Assembly: GCA_951406725.2 (NCBI GenBank)
Contig: OX597831.1
Span: 42,346,001-42,410,000 of the forward strand
Source: Octopus vulgaris
Taxonomy: Eukaryota
Direction of reading: 5' to 3'
DNA length: 64,000 nt
A program made the translations under genes and the position numbers. Positions 39,709-51,343 of this stretch are shown piece by piece. The notes below the pieces were generated by a model. It was not told where the DNA came from. It did no database searches and was given only the letters and a program-made list of their open reading frames with translations. Positions within the stretch are counted from its first letter, which is position 1, and every line of letters begins with the position of its first letter.

Positions 39709-40030
39709 TTTAATATTGTACTTAGACATAGTGATGTTGATAACCTGGTGTTAGAACTCGGTATACATATATTTCAGAATAAAGTGTTAGCCAAGTACAG
39801 AGTATAATATGACATTAAATAAATGACAAAGGAACTGGAAATTGTGTAGTGAATTTCATTAGCTTATTTATTATAGTATCTGTTATATGATGCAATGAAC
39901 CCAGAGCTGTGTGCTTCTGCATCACCTTACAGCTTCTTTGGAGCTTTAAAAATGAAGTGCACTGAATCCCATTGCAGAAACAGCTGTAAGCTTATAAAGT
40001 TCATCACATAATTTCTTGTTCCCTTGTCAT
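39709..40030. mobile_element. Second copy of the 23257-23608 fold-back family, with the core inverted
   Basis: The 5' part is collinear with 23257-23414; 39884-39956 is the reverse complement of 23476-23549; GAAACAGCTGTA at 39977-39988. Confidence 0.7.
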
Positions 40031-40140
40031 TTAATTATATATAATCTGACTCCTCAGATTTTTTGAATGCTGGACTACTGGTTTTAAATTGATATTAAAA
40101 TTAATATTAATTTATCTCCCTCAATTTTTAAATATATATA

Positions 40141-40172
<32 letters not shown>

Positions 40173-40244
40173 CCGGAGTAAACACATAAATGTGAAACAA
40201 GGTGGAAAAAAGAGTACTCAACTACCAGTGGTAGAGTAATATGC

Positions 40245-40402
40245 TTTATTTAAAGCAGCAGAAAATTCAACAAAACTGTTACTCTGAGTTTCCCATTGCC
40301 GTTCATCGGACAGTTTTTGCTAGAATTCTAGCAAAAACTGTCCGATGAACGGCAACGGGAAACTCAGAGTAACAGGTTTTGTTGAATTTTCTGCTGCTTT
40401 AA

Positions 40403-40407
<5 letters not shown>
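40245..40407. repeat. Near-perfect 163-bp palindrome with a hammerhead-like motif on each strand
   Basis: 81/82-nt arms centred on GAATTC (40323-40328). Plus strand 40333-40380: aaaactgt-CCGATGA-acggcaacgg-GAAA-ctcaga-GTA-acaggtttt. Confidence 0.9.
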
Positions 40408-40466
<59 letters not shown>

Positions 40467-41750
40467 TTTAAATTTGTTTATGTGAAATGTTTTTGGGTGC
40501 ACTCATGAAAAGCTCCTATACTATTTATTCTTGCTACTGCTTATTGTTCTCATTTTTCAGAGTAATTTTATGGGAAGGTTATTAGAAGAATGATTTGCAA
40601 ACTCCATGGATTTTAAGGGCAATATTAATACATGTGTTCATTTCTTCAGGCAAAAGTTACATTAGTGTTCTGGCTGTATTGAATGTTTCGATACACTGAG
40701 TTTGTAGGAGAGAAGTTGATTAGAGCTCTCTCCACCTTCATAAAATATGTACCTGCTAATTAACAAGAGTTCATCTAATTGTCTTTCCTCCCACAGACTT
40801 TGTGGCATTGTTTCTAAGTTAGGCATCAACATACAGTATAGATGTTATATCTAATGTCTGATAGCATATATATATCTTCTCTTGAGCTTTTGTTAACAGT
40901 ATATTTCAAATAATATATTATGTGAATATTTTCAAGGGCTATTTGGGTTTTTTCTTTATACATACACAGTCATGTACTTTTTCTGCAGGCTAAGAGTTAA
41001 AGTTGATTTTTGATATGAAAACAGTTTTGCTAGACTTCTATGTAGACACTTAAAACTTTTTCTCCTTTCTCTCTCTCTTTATTGCCAAACTACTAATGCT
41101 CTATGCAGAAAAAGATAAAACAAGAAAGGATGGAAAAAAAACTATAATAAATTTCCACCTATAAGAAAACTCAGGCTTCATAAAATGTTTAGTTAATACA
41201 TCTTAGTTTATGTCATGCTAATGATTTCTGAAAAGAATGAAATAGTGCTTTAAATGATTACCACAGACTAAAAATGTTAAGAACTTCATAATAAACAAGA
41301 AAAAGCAAAAAAAAAAAAAATTAAATATATGTATTCAATGCTATACCTCTCTTTCCTAAATCTTTAATTTCAAATTCTAACTTCTTATCCTGCTAAATAT
41401 CATGAAGAAATGATTATCTCCCTTATGTTAATTGTTCACTAAGGGATACCATACACCTTATATTACTATTAGACAAATATGTATTTATTTTTGCAACATT
41501 AAATTCGTTTCAGTGGATCATTGGTGTGTGTGTCTCTGTGTGCGTGTATATATATATATATATATATTTTAAATACTATTGGATTTTACTCATAAGGTAT
41601 TGGAATCTTATATGTATAGCATTCTGCCTAAAAAATGAATCTACAAATACAATATCCCTACAAATCTCATATTTATTTTCTTTCCTCTACCTCACTCTCT
41701 ATTTGGTATCTTATCTAAATTAACTATAACTTTACCATCCTCTCACACCA

Positions 41751-41796
41751 TCTCCAATGAAGGGATATAATAAATATCCTGGAAACAGCTGTAAGA
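41751..41796 (+). ncRNA. Degenerate hammerhead-like motif
   Basis: tct-CCAATGA-ag ggatat aataa atatcc tg-GAAA-cagct-GTA-aga; core mutated. Confidence 0.45.
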
Positions 41797-41881
41797 CCTA
41801 TCTATAAATGTTCTAAAATCTACACAGCCTTGGCTTTTTATCTTATTACGAAAAAAAATTTTATATATATATATATATATA

Positions 41882-42100
41882 TAGGGTTGGCTAAAAGTCA
41901 GCTGACAGTAAATCAAAACCATTTAATTCCAAGATTTATTTATGTTTAACAACTGAATGAATTTGATAAAAGCATCTAAATATGATGCATCATGAAAAGT
42001 GCTTCTTGAGTGACATGTTTTTCCATTCGAGTTAATACAGAATTACTGGTAGTATTTATGGAATTTTGATTTACTGTTGGGTGACCTTTGGTCAACCCTG
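41882..42100. mobile_element. Tc1/mariner-type MITE in (TA)n
   Basis: ~37-bp imperfect TIRs agggttggctaaaagtcagctgacagtaaatcaaaa / ttttgatttactgttgggtgacctttggtcaaccctg. Confidence 0.85.
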
Positions 42101-42134
42101 TATATATATATATATATATATATATCATTGGACT

Positions 42135-42630
42135 TTAAACTCTGCTTGCGAAGACCATTTGAGGGAAGTGAAATCTAAGTCGAAATCAAAATCGGTGACT
42201 GGCATCTGTTGCTAGTGGAGCGCTAAGAGTACTATACGAATGAGATCGTTGCCAGAGCAACAAGCTGGCCTCTGTGCCGATGGCACATTAAGCACACCAT
42301 TTAAGTGTGATCGTTACCGCATCGCCTTACTAGCACTTGTGCTGGTGGCACGTGAAACATTCGAGCGAGGTTGTCGCCAGTGCCGCTGGACTGGCTCTCG
42401 TGCAAGTGGCACGTAAAAAGCACCATTTGGGCGTGCCCATTGCCAGTACCACCAAACTGGCCCCCATGCCGGTGGTACGTAAAAGCACCCACTGCACTCT
42501 CGGAGTGGTTGGTGTTAGGAAGGGCATCCAGCTGTAGAAACTCTGCCAGATCAGATTGGAGTCTTGTTCGCCAGACCCCAGTCAAATCGTCCAATCCATG
42601 CTAGCATGGAAAGCAGACGTTAAATGATGA
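42135..42630 (+). repeat. Interspersed repeat with internal tandem ~60-bp units
   Basis: tggcacgtaaaaagcacc-like motif recurs 4 times; tail (gaagggcatccagc.gtagaaac...ccatgctagcatggaaa) shared with 33770-33960 and 11410-11485. Confidence 0.75.
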
Positions 42631-42737
42631 TATATATATATACACACATACACACTGTATGATATAAATTAATTCAGAAACTGTAGACTGTTTTATGCCA
42701 ATTCTTTCATTTCTCTCTCTCTCTGCTTCTTTTTCAG

Positions 42738-42911
42738 TTGAACAAGTTACCTGTATGTACCCTTATACAGCTCAGAATTCCGATGAGCTGACATTCCAGA
42801 AAGATGATGTGATCAATGTTATCAACAAAGATGACCCCGATTGGTGGAAAGGCGACCTAAATGGAATGATTGGTGTATTTCCATCCAACTACGTCGCTGT
42901 CGCTAACTCTT
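42738..42911 (+). CDS. ITSN1: Intersectin SH3E domain exon (phase 1-1)
   Basis: [57 protein letters not shown], closely resembling ITSN SH3E; ttttcag acceptor, T|gtaagt donor. Confidence 0.96.
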
Positions 42912-43533
42912 GTAAGTGAAACTTTTCTTCCTCCTCTTTTGGTGTCTGGTGCTTGGGTACCATTTCTAATATGACCCCTAGTTATCTGTGCTACACACTC
43001 CAGCTAAGTTGTGAGAGAATTATTTTGTAGCTCCCATAAAACTTCCAACACCCCTCTTTGTGGCCTGTCTCTTAGACAACTAAAAGGACCCTTTTTGTCC
43101 TTACACAAAATAGCAAAAAAACAAAACAATGATTATGTAAAAAGGAGCTTTTTTTTCATGCATTAATTATAATAACCTTTATGAGAGGTAGACCTAACAT
43201 GCTACCTTGTTTAACATCACCAGTACCTGATCCTTGGGAAGTATTCAAACCAGACCCACTTCTTTCAGTCCCTGCTCTGCCTATATATTTCTTTCAGATG
43301 TTCATGATGGGCTTCAGCTGCATTAGCCTTGTTAATTAGAGATGGCCTGCAAAGGACAAGAACACTGCCCTATCCCTTCTCCCTCTCTCCAAAATCGTAA
43401 CACAAAGATATTGTTTACTTAGTTTTGATGAATTAATGTCATTGATGATGTATGCTACTAAGTGATTGCAATGATACATAGTGTATGCAATAGAGAGAAT
43501 TTTGTTACAGTATATACATATATATATATAGTT

Positions 43534-43910
43534 GCAGGTGTGGCTGTGTGGTAAGAAGCTTGCTTCCCAAACACATAGTTCCGAGTACAGTCCCACTGTG
43601 TGGCACCTTGGGCAAGTGTCTTCTTCTATAGCTTCAGGCCGAGCAAAGCCTTGTGAGTGGATTTGGTTGACGGAAACTGAAAGAAGCCCATTGTGTGTAT
43701 GTGTGTGTGTGTGTGTGTAGTGTGTCTGTGTTTGTTCCCCTCCACCACCATTTGACAACCAGTGTTGGTATATTTACGTCCTTGTAACTTAGTGGTTTGG
43801 CAAAAGAAACTGATAGAATAAGCACTGAGCTTAAAATTGTTCCTGGGTTCAACTTGTTCAAGTAAAACTCTCCAAGGCAGTGTCCCAGCATATGACTGGG
43901 ACAAGTAAAG
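43534..43910 (+). mobile_element. SINE family A
   Basis: gcaggtgtggctgtgtggtaagaagcttgc head, (TG)n, tail. Confidence 0.85.
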
Positions 43911-44929
43911 AAGATAAAAATGGAAAAAAATATATATATATGGTGTATGCTAATGTGTAATTAATACTTTATGTAGGACATTGGACAAAATGCTTTGTGT
44001 TATTTAGTTATGTCCCTCAATTCTGAGCTGGACTTTGCAGACATCCTTCCAGGATTTATAAAATTGATAGTACCAGTCAAGATGGTGCCTGTCGAGTACA
44101 CCTCATACTTTTTCTCAACCATTTATGGCTGTCTTTAACCCTCTTAGATCCAGCCCAAGTGATACAAGCTGAAAAGACTTTGAGCCCGATCCATTGGCCA
44201 GTGGAACAAATGTGAATGGTTGGTTTTGAACTGTAATTGCTGATCAGAGACTGTCTTTCTGTAGAAAAAAATTTTGGTCATTTTGGCTATACATATCAAA
44301 ACACCGTCTGTCTCAAAAGGTTAAGCATCAGAAATCTTTGATAAAGTGCTGGATATAAGAAACATTTAATGTAGAATTGACGTCATGATTCGACGTTCAA
44401 ATTGAGTTCAAATCTTGCCAGGGCTGACCTTGTTCTTTTGTCATCCTAGAGTTGATAGATTAGGTGTCAGTTAACGACTGGAGCTGTTATATAATTAATC
44501 ACATCTCATCTCCCATTATTAGCTATGAATAACTTTCACTGAAGTTTTAGTAAATCCAAGAGTTTAATGGGCAATAAATTTATAAAGTTAATCTTTATTA
44601 GAAATGTCTATAAGCCTGAGAAGCTTGCTGGGGAATGTCATGGGTGAATGTGTCATGCCATGTATATGTAGTGAATAGGTTGAATATTTTGTGACATTCT
44701 GAGATGCATTACTGATTTTGTAGATAGGGAGTTATCTCTCTTGTGGAACATCGTTAACATCTCCTGAAATATTGTTATATATTGTAAACATAAAATTAAT
44801 GAAGACGATTTCTCACAATATTATATATTGCCATTTCAGGATTATGTTACTTTCAAAGTAACATAACCTCGTCTCTGCCATGATGTTCCCCATGCTACAG
44901 CAGCACTCAGTGTGCAATGTTATTATTAC

Positions 44930-45530
44930 TAGTGTTAAGGCAATAAGCTGGTAGAATTGTTAGCAGGACAGAATGCTTGGTGGCATTTCCTCTGGGTTTT
45001 ACATTCTGAGTTCAAATACCCCTGAGGTTAACTTTTGCCTTTCATCCTTTTTGGGTTGATAAAATAAAGTATAAGGTTGTCCCAAAAATTCGTAGAAAGT
45101 CTTGGAAAATAATGGTCTTTATTTTGAGGAATAATTTTTGTTACGTTTCTGCCAGCTCGCCGCCTTAAAATATCCTTGAGGTTAACTTTGCCTTTCATCC
45201 TTTTGGGGTTGACAACCTAATATTAGTTGAGAACTAGAGGCAATGTATTCAACTAGCCCCATCCCACAAAATTGCAGCATTGTGCTGAAGTAGAAAGAAT
45301 TATTATTATTCACTTAGTTTGGATTCCTTGTGTTCTGAGTTCAAAGCTTGGGGTTAGTTTTGTCTTGTGTTCTGAGTTCAAAGCTTGGGGTTAGTTTTGT
45401 CTTGTGTTCTGAGTTCAAAACTTGGGGTTAGTTTTGTCTTTCATCTTTCCAAGGTTAAGTAGAGGAAAGCAATTTATTTGACGTGTTACCCTCCCCATAA
45501 AATTGCTAGCCTTGGGCTTACATTAGAAGT
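44930..45530 (+). mobile_element. Family B SINE cluster including a 37-bp triplication (45327-45437)
   Basis: cttgtgttctgagttcaaagcttggggttagttttgt x3. Confidence 0.8.
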
Positions 45531-45969
45531 CATCATCTGTAATATTAGTCTTATATTAGTTTATCAAGACATTTACATGTTCAAGTGTTATGTTTCAGAT
45601 ATGTGGTTCTCAGTCTAACACATACCAGCCACACTCCTTAAATTACTGAAAATTCTTTACTTCCCACCCATTTATTAATGAGAAGTCAGAATTAGATTTT
45701 GCATCCATTGCCTTCTTTTTTCTTAGCTGTGTTGTTGGTCAAGTTTAAAAGTTTCAAACTATCTTGATTTCCTTTCTTCTTTTTCTTCTTCTTATTAACT
45801 CTGACAATTTGCCCACCCATTTGTTTTTCAATCCTCACAGTCGTTCCTATGAGAAACACTGCTTTTGTACAATACCTTTAGCTATGGAACAAAACTGGAA
45901 CTTAATTGAACTAAAACAAGTTTCAGTGTTACACTTTGAGCAGCCCTAATTATGGAATGTAATGAATTA

Positions 45970-46342
45970 CTAGCAGTATCGCCTGGTGTTGCTCGGGTTT
46001 GTTTCGACCTTTTAGAATTGGAATTTTTGAAAAGTAAAAATTTTGCATTATGTAGCTTATTATTCTCTTTAAGTGAACATTTTTCTGGTTGAAATACACT
46101 GAAAAATGGCGACACAGCAATAAAAAAATCGTAAAAAATAGAGATTTTCATAGAAAAAAGCACCTTTTTGATGTAAATAATTTTTGGTGTTAACATGGTT
46201 CTACGGAAGGAAGAGCAAGCCTTCTTCTATCATACTCTCAATTTTGGTCAACTTGCGCTGCAGAGTCTCGGAGGAGATAGTGTTAGTTGAAGGCTACCAA
46301 ATCTGCCGTACACAGACAACTTCAGCTTTATATATATAGAGA
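45970..46342 (-). mobile_element. Non-autonomous Helitron
   Basis: Minus strand: A|TC...caaacccgagcaacaccaggcgatactgCTAG|T. Confidence 0.8.
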
Positions 46343-46365
46343 TGGAATATAATGAAAATCTTTAA

Positions 46366-46587
46366 TCCTTTAGCATTCAGATTATTGTGTCAAATGTTAT
46401 GCCTGTTTATTCACATTGCTTTGAATTAATCCTGTATTATTTTGTTGCTTTGAGGTTTCAATGATGTAACTGTATATTTTTAGAATGACATTGTAGGGTA
46501 GATGTGAGATAAGCCAAATCTGGACATTTTAAATATCAAACAGGTAGAATATTTCAGCCTGATATGGCCGGTTTAAATGCTAAAGAG
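46366..46587. mobile_element. piggyBac-type MITE
   Basis: TTAA-tcctttagcatt...aatgctaaagag; same family as 22911-23132. Confidence 0.8.
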
Positions 46588-46820
46588 TACATATGCCACA
46601 TAACCATGATTTTGGTTCTCTCATAATACAGTGAAGTCATCAAGTAAGAAGCTGTAGAACTGAGATTATCTCACAAGTAACCCAATCCATGATAAGGCTT
46701 TTAATTTCATTTTTCTTGACCTAGGTATTGAACCATTTTCTTTCATTTGCATTGTTAATGGTCTTATTGATATCACTCATTCTCATTTGCTCTCTCTGCT
46801 GCTCCTTCTCCTCTACATAG

Positions 46821-47160
46821 AACAATTTGAAGCAAAGATCTTTTCCATCGTAATAATCTAGATTCATGCTCCAACTTTTGCTACTTGGTGTTTTTCTAAG
46901 CCAGTTTCTTGAGAAATATTTTAAATGGTACTCAGACAACTAGCTTGGTGAATTTTGCTCTCTATTTTCACTACTTTTATAATTATTATTATATTTTATT
47001 TTTTTTTTCCATTTTCCCTCCCTTTTTCTTTTCATTGCTTTGAAATATTTTTTAAATAAATTTTGTTGGTTTCTTTAATTTATTATTTCTTTTCAAGAAT
47101 TATTTTTCTACTTCTGAGTAATATGTATATATAAATAATGTTTTGTAAAGAAAAAAAAAG
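46821..47160 (+). other. Candidate terminal exon/3'UTR of a short intersectin isoform (T+AA = stop)
   Basis: Strong pyrimidine tract plus catag acceptor at 46820; joining to the SH3E phase-1 T gives TAA; AT-rich sequence with AATAAA near 47056. Confidence 0.4.
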
Positions 47161-47519
47161 TGAAACAATTTTGGTAAGACAATGTCAAATCTTTGAATTG
47201 TGTGGGATTTTTCTGTCTTTTCTCAATTTTCTAACCAATCCCAGGAATTAGTGGATAACTTTATTGGGTTTGCACCACCAATCTGGAATATAAGAATAGC
47301 AACAACTGTTGTTTATTTAATCTGTTGTTGTTCATTGTAACAAGTAGTTTGACTATTTAAAATTTTTATTCCATGAACTCCAATGTATTTAGAACACAAA
47401 TGCCACAGTTTTTTATAGTTTAGTTGGTTCCAAATACAAATTCTGCCAAAATGACTGTCTTTGCCTTTCATTCTGTCTAGATTTTAATAATAATAATGCT
47501 AATAATAATAATAATAATA

Positions 47520-48290
47520 ATTTCAAATTTTGGTACAAAGTCATCAATTTTAGGGGAGGAGGTAAGTTGGTCAATTCAGTGCCAGTGCTCAACTGGTATT
47601 TATGTACTTATTTTTTATCATTGCCCTTGGTGGAATTTGAACTCAGAATGTAAAGAGCTGGAAGAAATGCTATTAAGCATTTTCTCCAATTCACTAATGA
47701 TTCTAACTGCTTGCATTATTATTATTATTATTGCAAGCTAAGGTGGCAAGCTGGCACAATTGTTAGCATGTCAGGTGAAATGCTTAGCAGTATTTCATCT
47801 GCCACTGCGTTCTGAGTTCAAATTCTGCTGAGATCAGCTATCCTTTTGGGGTCAATGAATTAAGTACCAGTTGAACTTTGGGGTCGATGTAATTGACATA
47901 TCCCCTCCCACCAAATGGCTGCCCTTGTGGCAAAATTTGAAACCATTATCATTATTGCAAGCTGGCAGAATCATTGGACAAAATGCTTAGCAGAATTCCT
48001 TCGAGCTCTTTGTGTTTTGATTTCAAATTCTGCTGAGGTCAACTTTGTCTTTCATCCTTTGGGGTTTGATAAAATAAAGTACCAGTTAAGCACTAGCCCT
48101 TCCCTTCAAAATTTGTGGCCATGTGCCAGAATGAAAATGAATTATTATCATAATTATCAATTGTCTCTAACATAAACATTAGAAAGATGAAAGTTAAAGT
48201 TGACCTTAGCAGAAATTGAACTCAGAACAGAAAGGGCCAGATGAAAAACCACAAGGCATGTCCTCTGATGCTCTAATGATTCTGCCAATC
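47520..48290. mobile_element. Family B SINE cluster (both orientations) separated by (TTA)n/(TAA)n
   Basis: Repeated ggtggcaagctggca...ctgagttcaaattctgctgag motifs and their reverse complements. Confidence 0.8.
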
Positions 48291-49318
48291 AGTAATAATA
48301 TAGGTCCCCAGCAATTCCACAGGACCAATTCAATTAATTACATTTTTTCCCATCAAAATTTGGCCTTGTCTCTCTCTGTATATATGAAATGGCCTGCAGT
48401 CCTAATAGATAATCTAAAAACATAAAAGAAAGGAATTCTAGCAATTCCCCAGTATGCCTTCAACCAGATTTCTGAAACCACTTGAGGAACAAAACCTAGT
48501 AAAACCTGTTTTGGCTCCATATTCAGTTTAATTCAGCAGAGGGTTGATGTTTAGCCCTGGGTCAACCTTGACTGAGCAGACCTATGATCAAAGGCTATGA
48601 CCATCATGTTTACAAATTAGACTTAATGCATCTGTAACTACATTATTGATTGTGTCCTTCTGTAAGACATTTGGAATATGTGTGGTATGTTTTGAGGGAG
48701 ATTTGACTGTTATTTTGAGGTTAATTTCTTTTGGCTTGAGTGTTGTTAATTTTTTTTGTTTTCATTATGAAAATAAGCATGGTTGTATAGTAAGAAGTTT
48801 GCTTCACAACCACATGGTCCTGGGTTCACTCCCACTGTGTGACACCTTGGGCAAGCTTCTTCCATTATAGCCCTCGGCAGACCAAAGCCTTGTCTGTGGA
48901 TTTGGTAGATGAAAGCTGAAAGAAGCCTGTTGTGTATATATCTATATATATATATTTACTCCACATTTCAGTCATTTGACTGCAGCCATATTGGAGCGCC
49001 ACCTTTAGTTGAAGAAATCAACTCTAGGACTTATTCTTTGTAAACCTAGTACTTTTGCTGAACTGCTAAGTTTTGGGACATAAACACACCAACATCAGCT
49101 GTCAAGCGATGGTGGGGAGGACAAACACAGATGCAAAGGCCCACATACATACATATACATACATACAGAGGGTATGAGAGGTACTGGTATCTAGAAGACC
49201 CCAAAAGTGTCAGGTAGCGCTAAGTAAGTGCTATGGATAGACTGTGGTTAAACTCTTGGTTTGATAATGGTATGAGTGAGGAGTTTAATGTGGGTCTTGT
49301 ATCAGCATGCATATGTAT

Positions 49319-49692
49319 ATATTAGACAGAATGAGATAACAAATCCAAGGCTGTGAGGAGTTTTTAGGATATTTATAATCAAATAGGCTTACAGCAGATT
49401 TCACGGCTCCATGCTTTGAAATCACTAAATATGAACTGCTTTTGGAACTTACATACCATGTACAGGAAACTTTTTTACCACTTCTATACACCATTTTTTT
49501 CGAATAATGGAACTGCAACTACAATATTTTTATATATCTTATTTTTACTTTAATTCTCTTATTTCCCTCTATATTCCCTGTCTTTTCCACAATAGTTCGA
49601 ACTCAAATATTTTCAGCTGTAAGATTATTTCATTATAAATGTCCTGGAAACTCCTCACAGCCTTGGATTTGTTATCTTATTCAATCTAATAT
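49319..49692. repeat. Fold-back element with ~77-bp arms
   Basis: Arms 49319-49396 and 49616-49692; the arm sequence resembles 41788-41847. Confidence 0.8.
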
Positions 49693-49729
49693 GTGTGTGT
49701 GTGTGTGTGTACACACACACACACACAGA

Positions 49730-49872
49730 GGGCTACTTTCAGTTTCTGTCTACCAAATCTACTCACAAGCCTTTGGCCAGCCTGAGGCTATAGTAGAAGA
49801 CACTTGCCCCAGGTGCCATGCAGTGGGACTGAACCCAGAACCATGTAGTTGGAAAGCAAGTTTCTTTCCACA
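49730..49872 (-). mobile_element. SINE family A head (5'-truncated)
   Basis: Match to the head region of 35446-35853. Confidence 0.85.
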
Positions 49873-49884
49873 TGCATATATATG

Positions 49885-50020
49885 TGTTTCATTACTTTGT
49901 AGATGTAGATGGAATAACTTTCCTTCCTCTTCTTGCGCTTCTTGTCTCCTGCGGGACGTAAAGCTTTGGCCTTGGAAGCCTTCTTGGCTCCTTTCGAAGC
50001 GGTAGCTGGTGCTGGTGGCA

Positions 50021-50021
<1 letters not shown>
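49885..50021 (-). pseudogene. H2B: Histone H2B 5' fragment (first 45 codons)
   Basis: MPPAPATASKGAKKASKAKALRPAGDKKRKKRKESYSIYIYKVMK; RKESYSIYIYKV is diagnostic of H2B. Truncated early in the histone fold and flanked by microsatellites. Confidence 0.93.
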
Positions 50022-50052
<31 letters not shown>

Positions 50053-50212
50053 CATACATATATGTGTGTGTGTGTGTTCGTAACTTAGTCTTGACTTCAT
50101 GACATAGTTGTAAACAAGTGTCACTGTCATACAAGCAGTGTTGTTCATTTCCAGTATTCTGCAAAAAGATGTCTGGCTACACTGAAATATGACCTCACTT
50201 GCAAACAAGCAA

Positions 50213-50657
50213 GATTAAAGGGATTAAGTTGATTACATCAACCCCAGTGTGTAATTGGTACTTATTTAATCGTTCTTGAAAAGATGAAAGGCAAAGTCGA
50301 CCTTGGCGGAATTTGAACTCAGAACGTAACGGTAGAAGAAATTATGGTGATAACCTAATTACATTGATAGATCTAAACACACAAATACATGCCCAGGCAG
50401 AGACAACAATTAACCACCCCAATTTTGAATATAAGGAAATGCCAGGGGATGCAACTAGAGGGAACAAACAAGGACAGATAAAGGGATTAAGTTGATTACA
50501 TCAACCCCAGTGTGTAATTGGTACTTATTTAATCGTTCCTGAAAAGATGAAAGGCAAAGTCGCCCTTGGCGGAATTTGAACTCAGAATGTAACGGTAGAA
50601 GAAATACTTCTAAGCATTTCACCGAGTGTGCTAACGATTCTGCCAGCTTGCCACCCC
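50213..50657 (-). mobile_element. Two near-identical family B SINE segments
   Basis: 50218-50342 is nearly identical to 50481-50605. Confidence 0.85.
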
Positions 50658-51264
50658 ATTTTTGAATATAAGGAAATGCCAGGGGATGCAACTACAGCAA
50701 GCAGACTAGTTTTAATTGAAGCCACTAAAAGCCAGTTCACTCTACTTCATTTTGCTAATGCCTTTGGCTATCAAGAAAGGCATGGATGTCATGAAGCGTA
50801 ATATGACTCTCTGTGTAGATGTGAATTCCTGCCCCCATGCTTAATAAGTAATCAAACCTATGAAATCCAGTAAAGGTACAGGCATATAAGCATTTGATCT
50901 AATTAGGAATAGTAGTTGAATCTTACTTTGAATTACATAGACTCCACCATTGTGAAAAGATGTAGATACAGTGGATAATGTAGTCTTTGATATGCCATAC
51001 CTGAGAGAAGGACAAGATGGTCACTGCCAGAATGCAGTGAGTTATAGCCCTTGGTGTCAATCAGGGTTGACTGTTGACCTGGTGCTAAGTTACATCAAGG
51101 GGTTATGAATACACCTTTTGTTTTTTTCCTTTTTGGTACTTGAGAGGTAAACTAAATTAAAAAGCAAAAGGGTTTTAAGCCTGTCCAGTTCAGATACACC
51201 TGTAAATGTAATTAACCTGGTACATATTTAAAAGAAATAAAATATAGAAAACAACAACAATAAC

Positions 51265-51270
<6 letters not shown>

Positions 51271-51338
<68 letters not shown>
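51271..51338. repeat. (GA)n microsatellite
   Basis: Direct inspection. Confidence 0.98.

Positions 51339-51343
<5 letters not shown>

Noticed and set aside
45327-45437. CRISPR-like 37-bp repeats
   Set aside because: No spacers, eukaryotic context, and the unit derives from a SINE
49788-50021. Functional 77-aa H2B variant
   Set aside because: Lacks nearly all of the histone fold; the C-terminal 32 aa are microsatellite and SINE translation; no promoter or histone stem-loop seen
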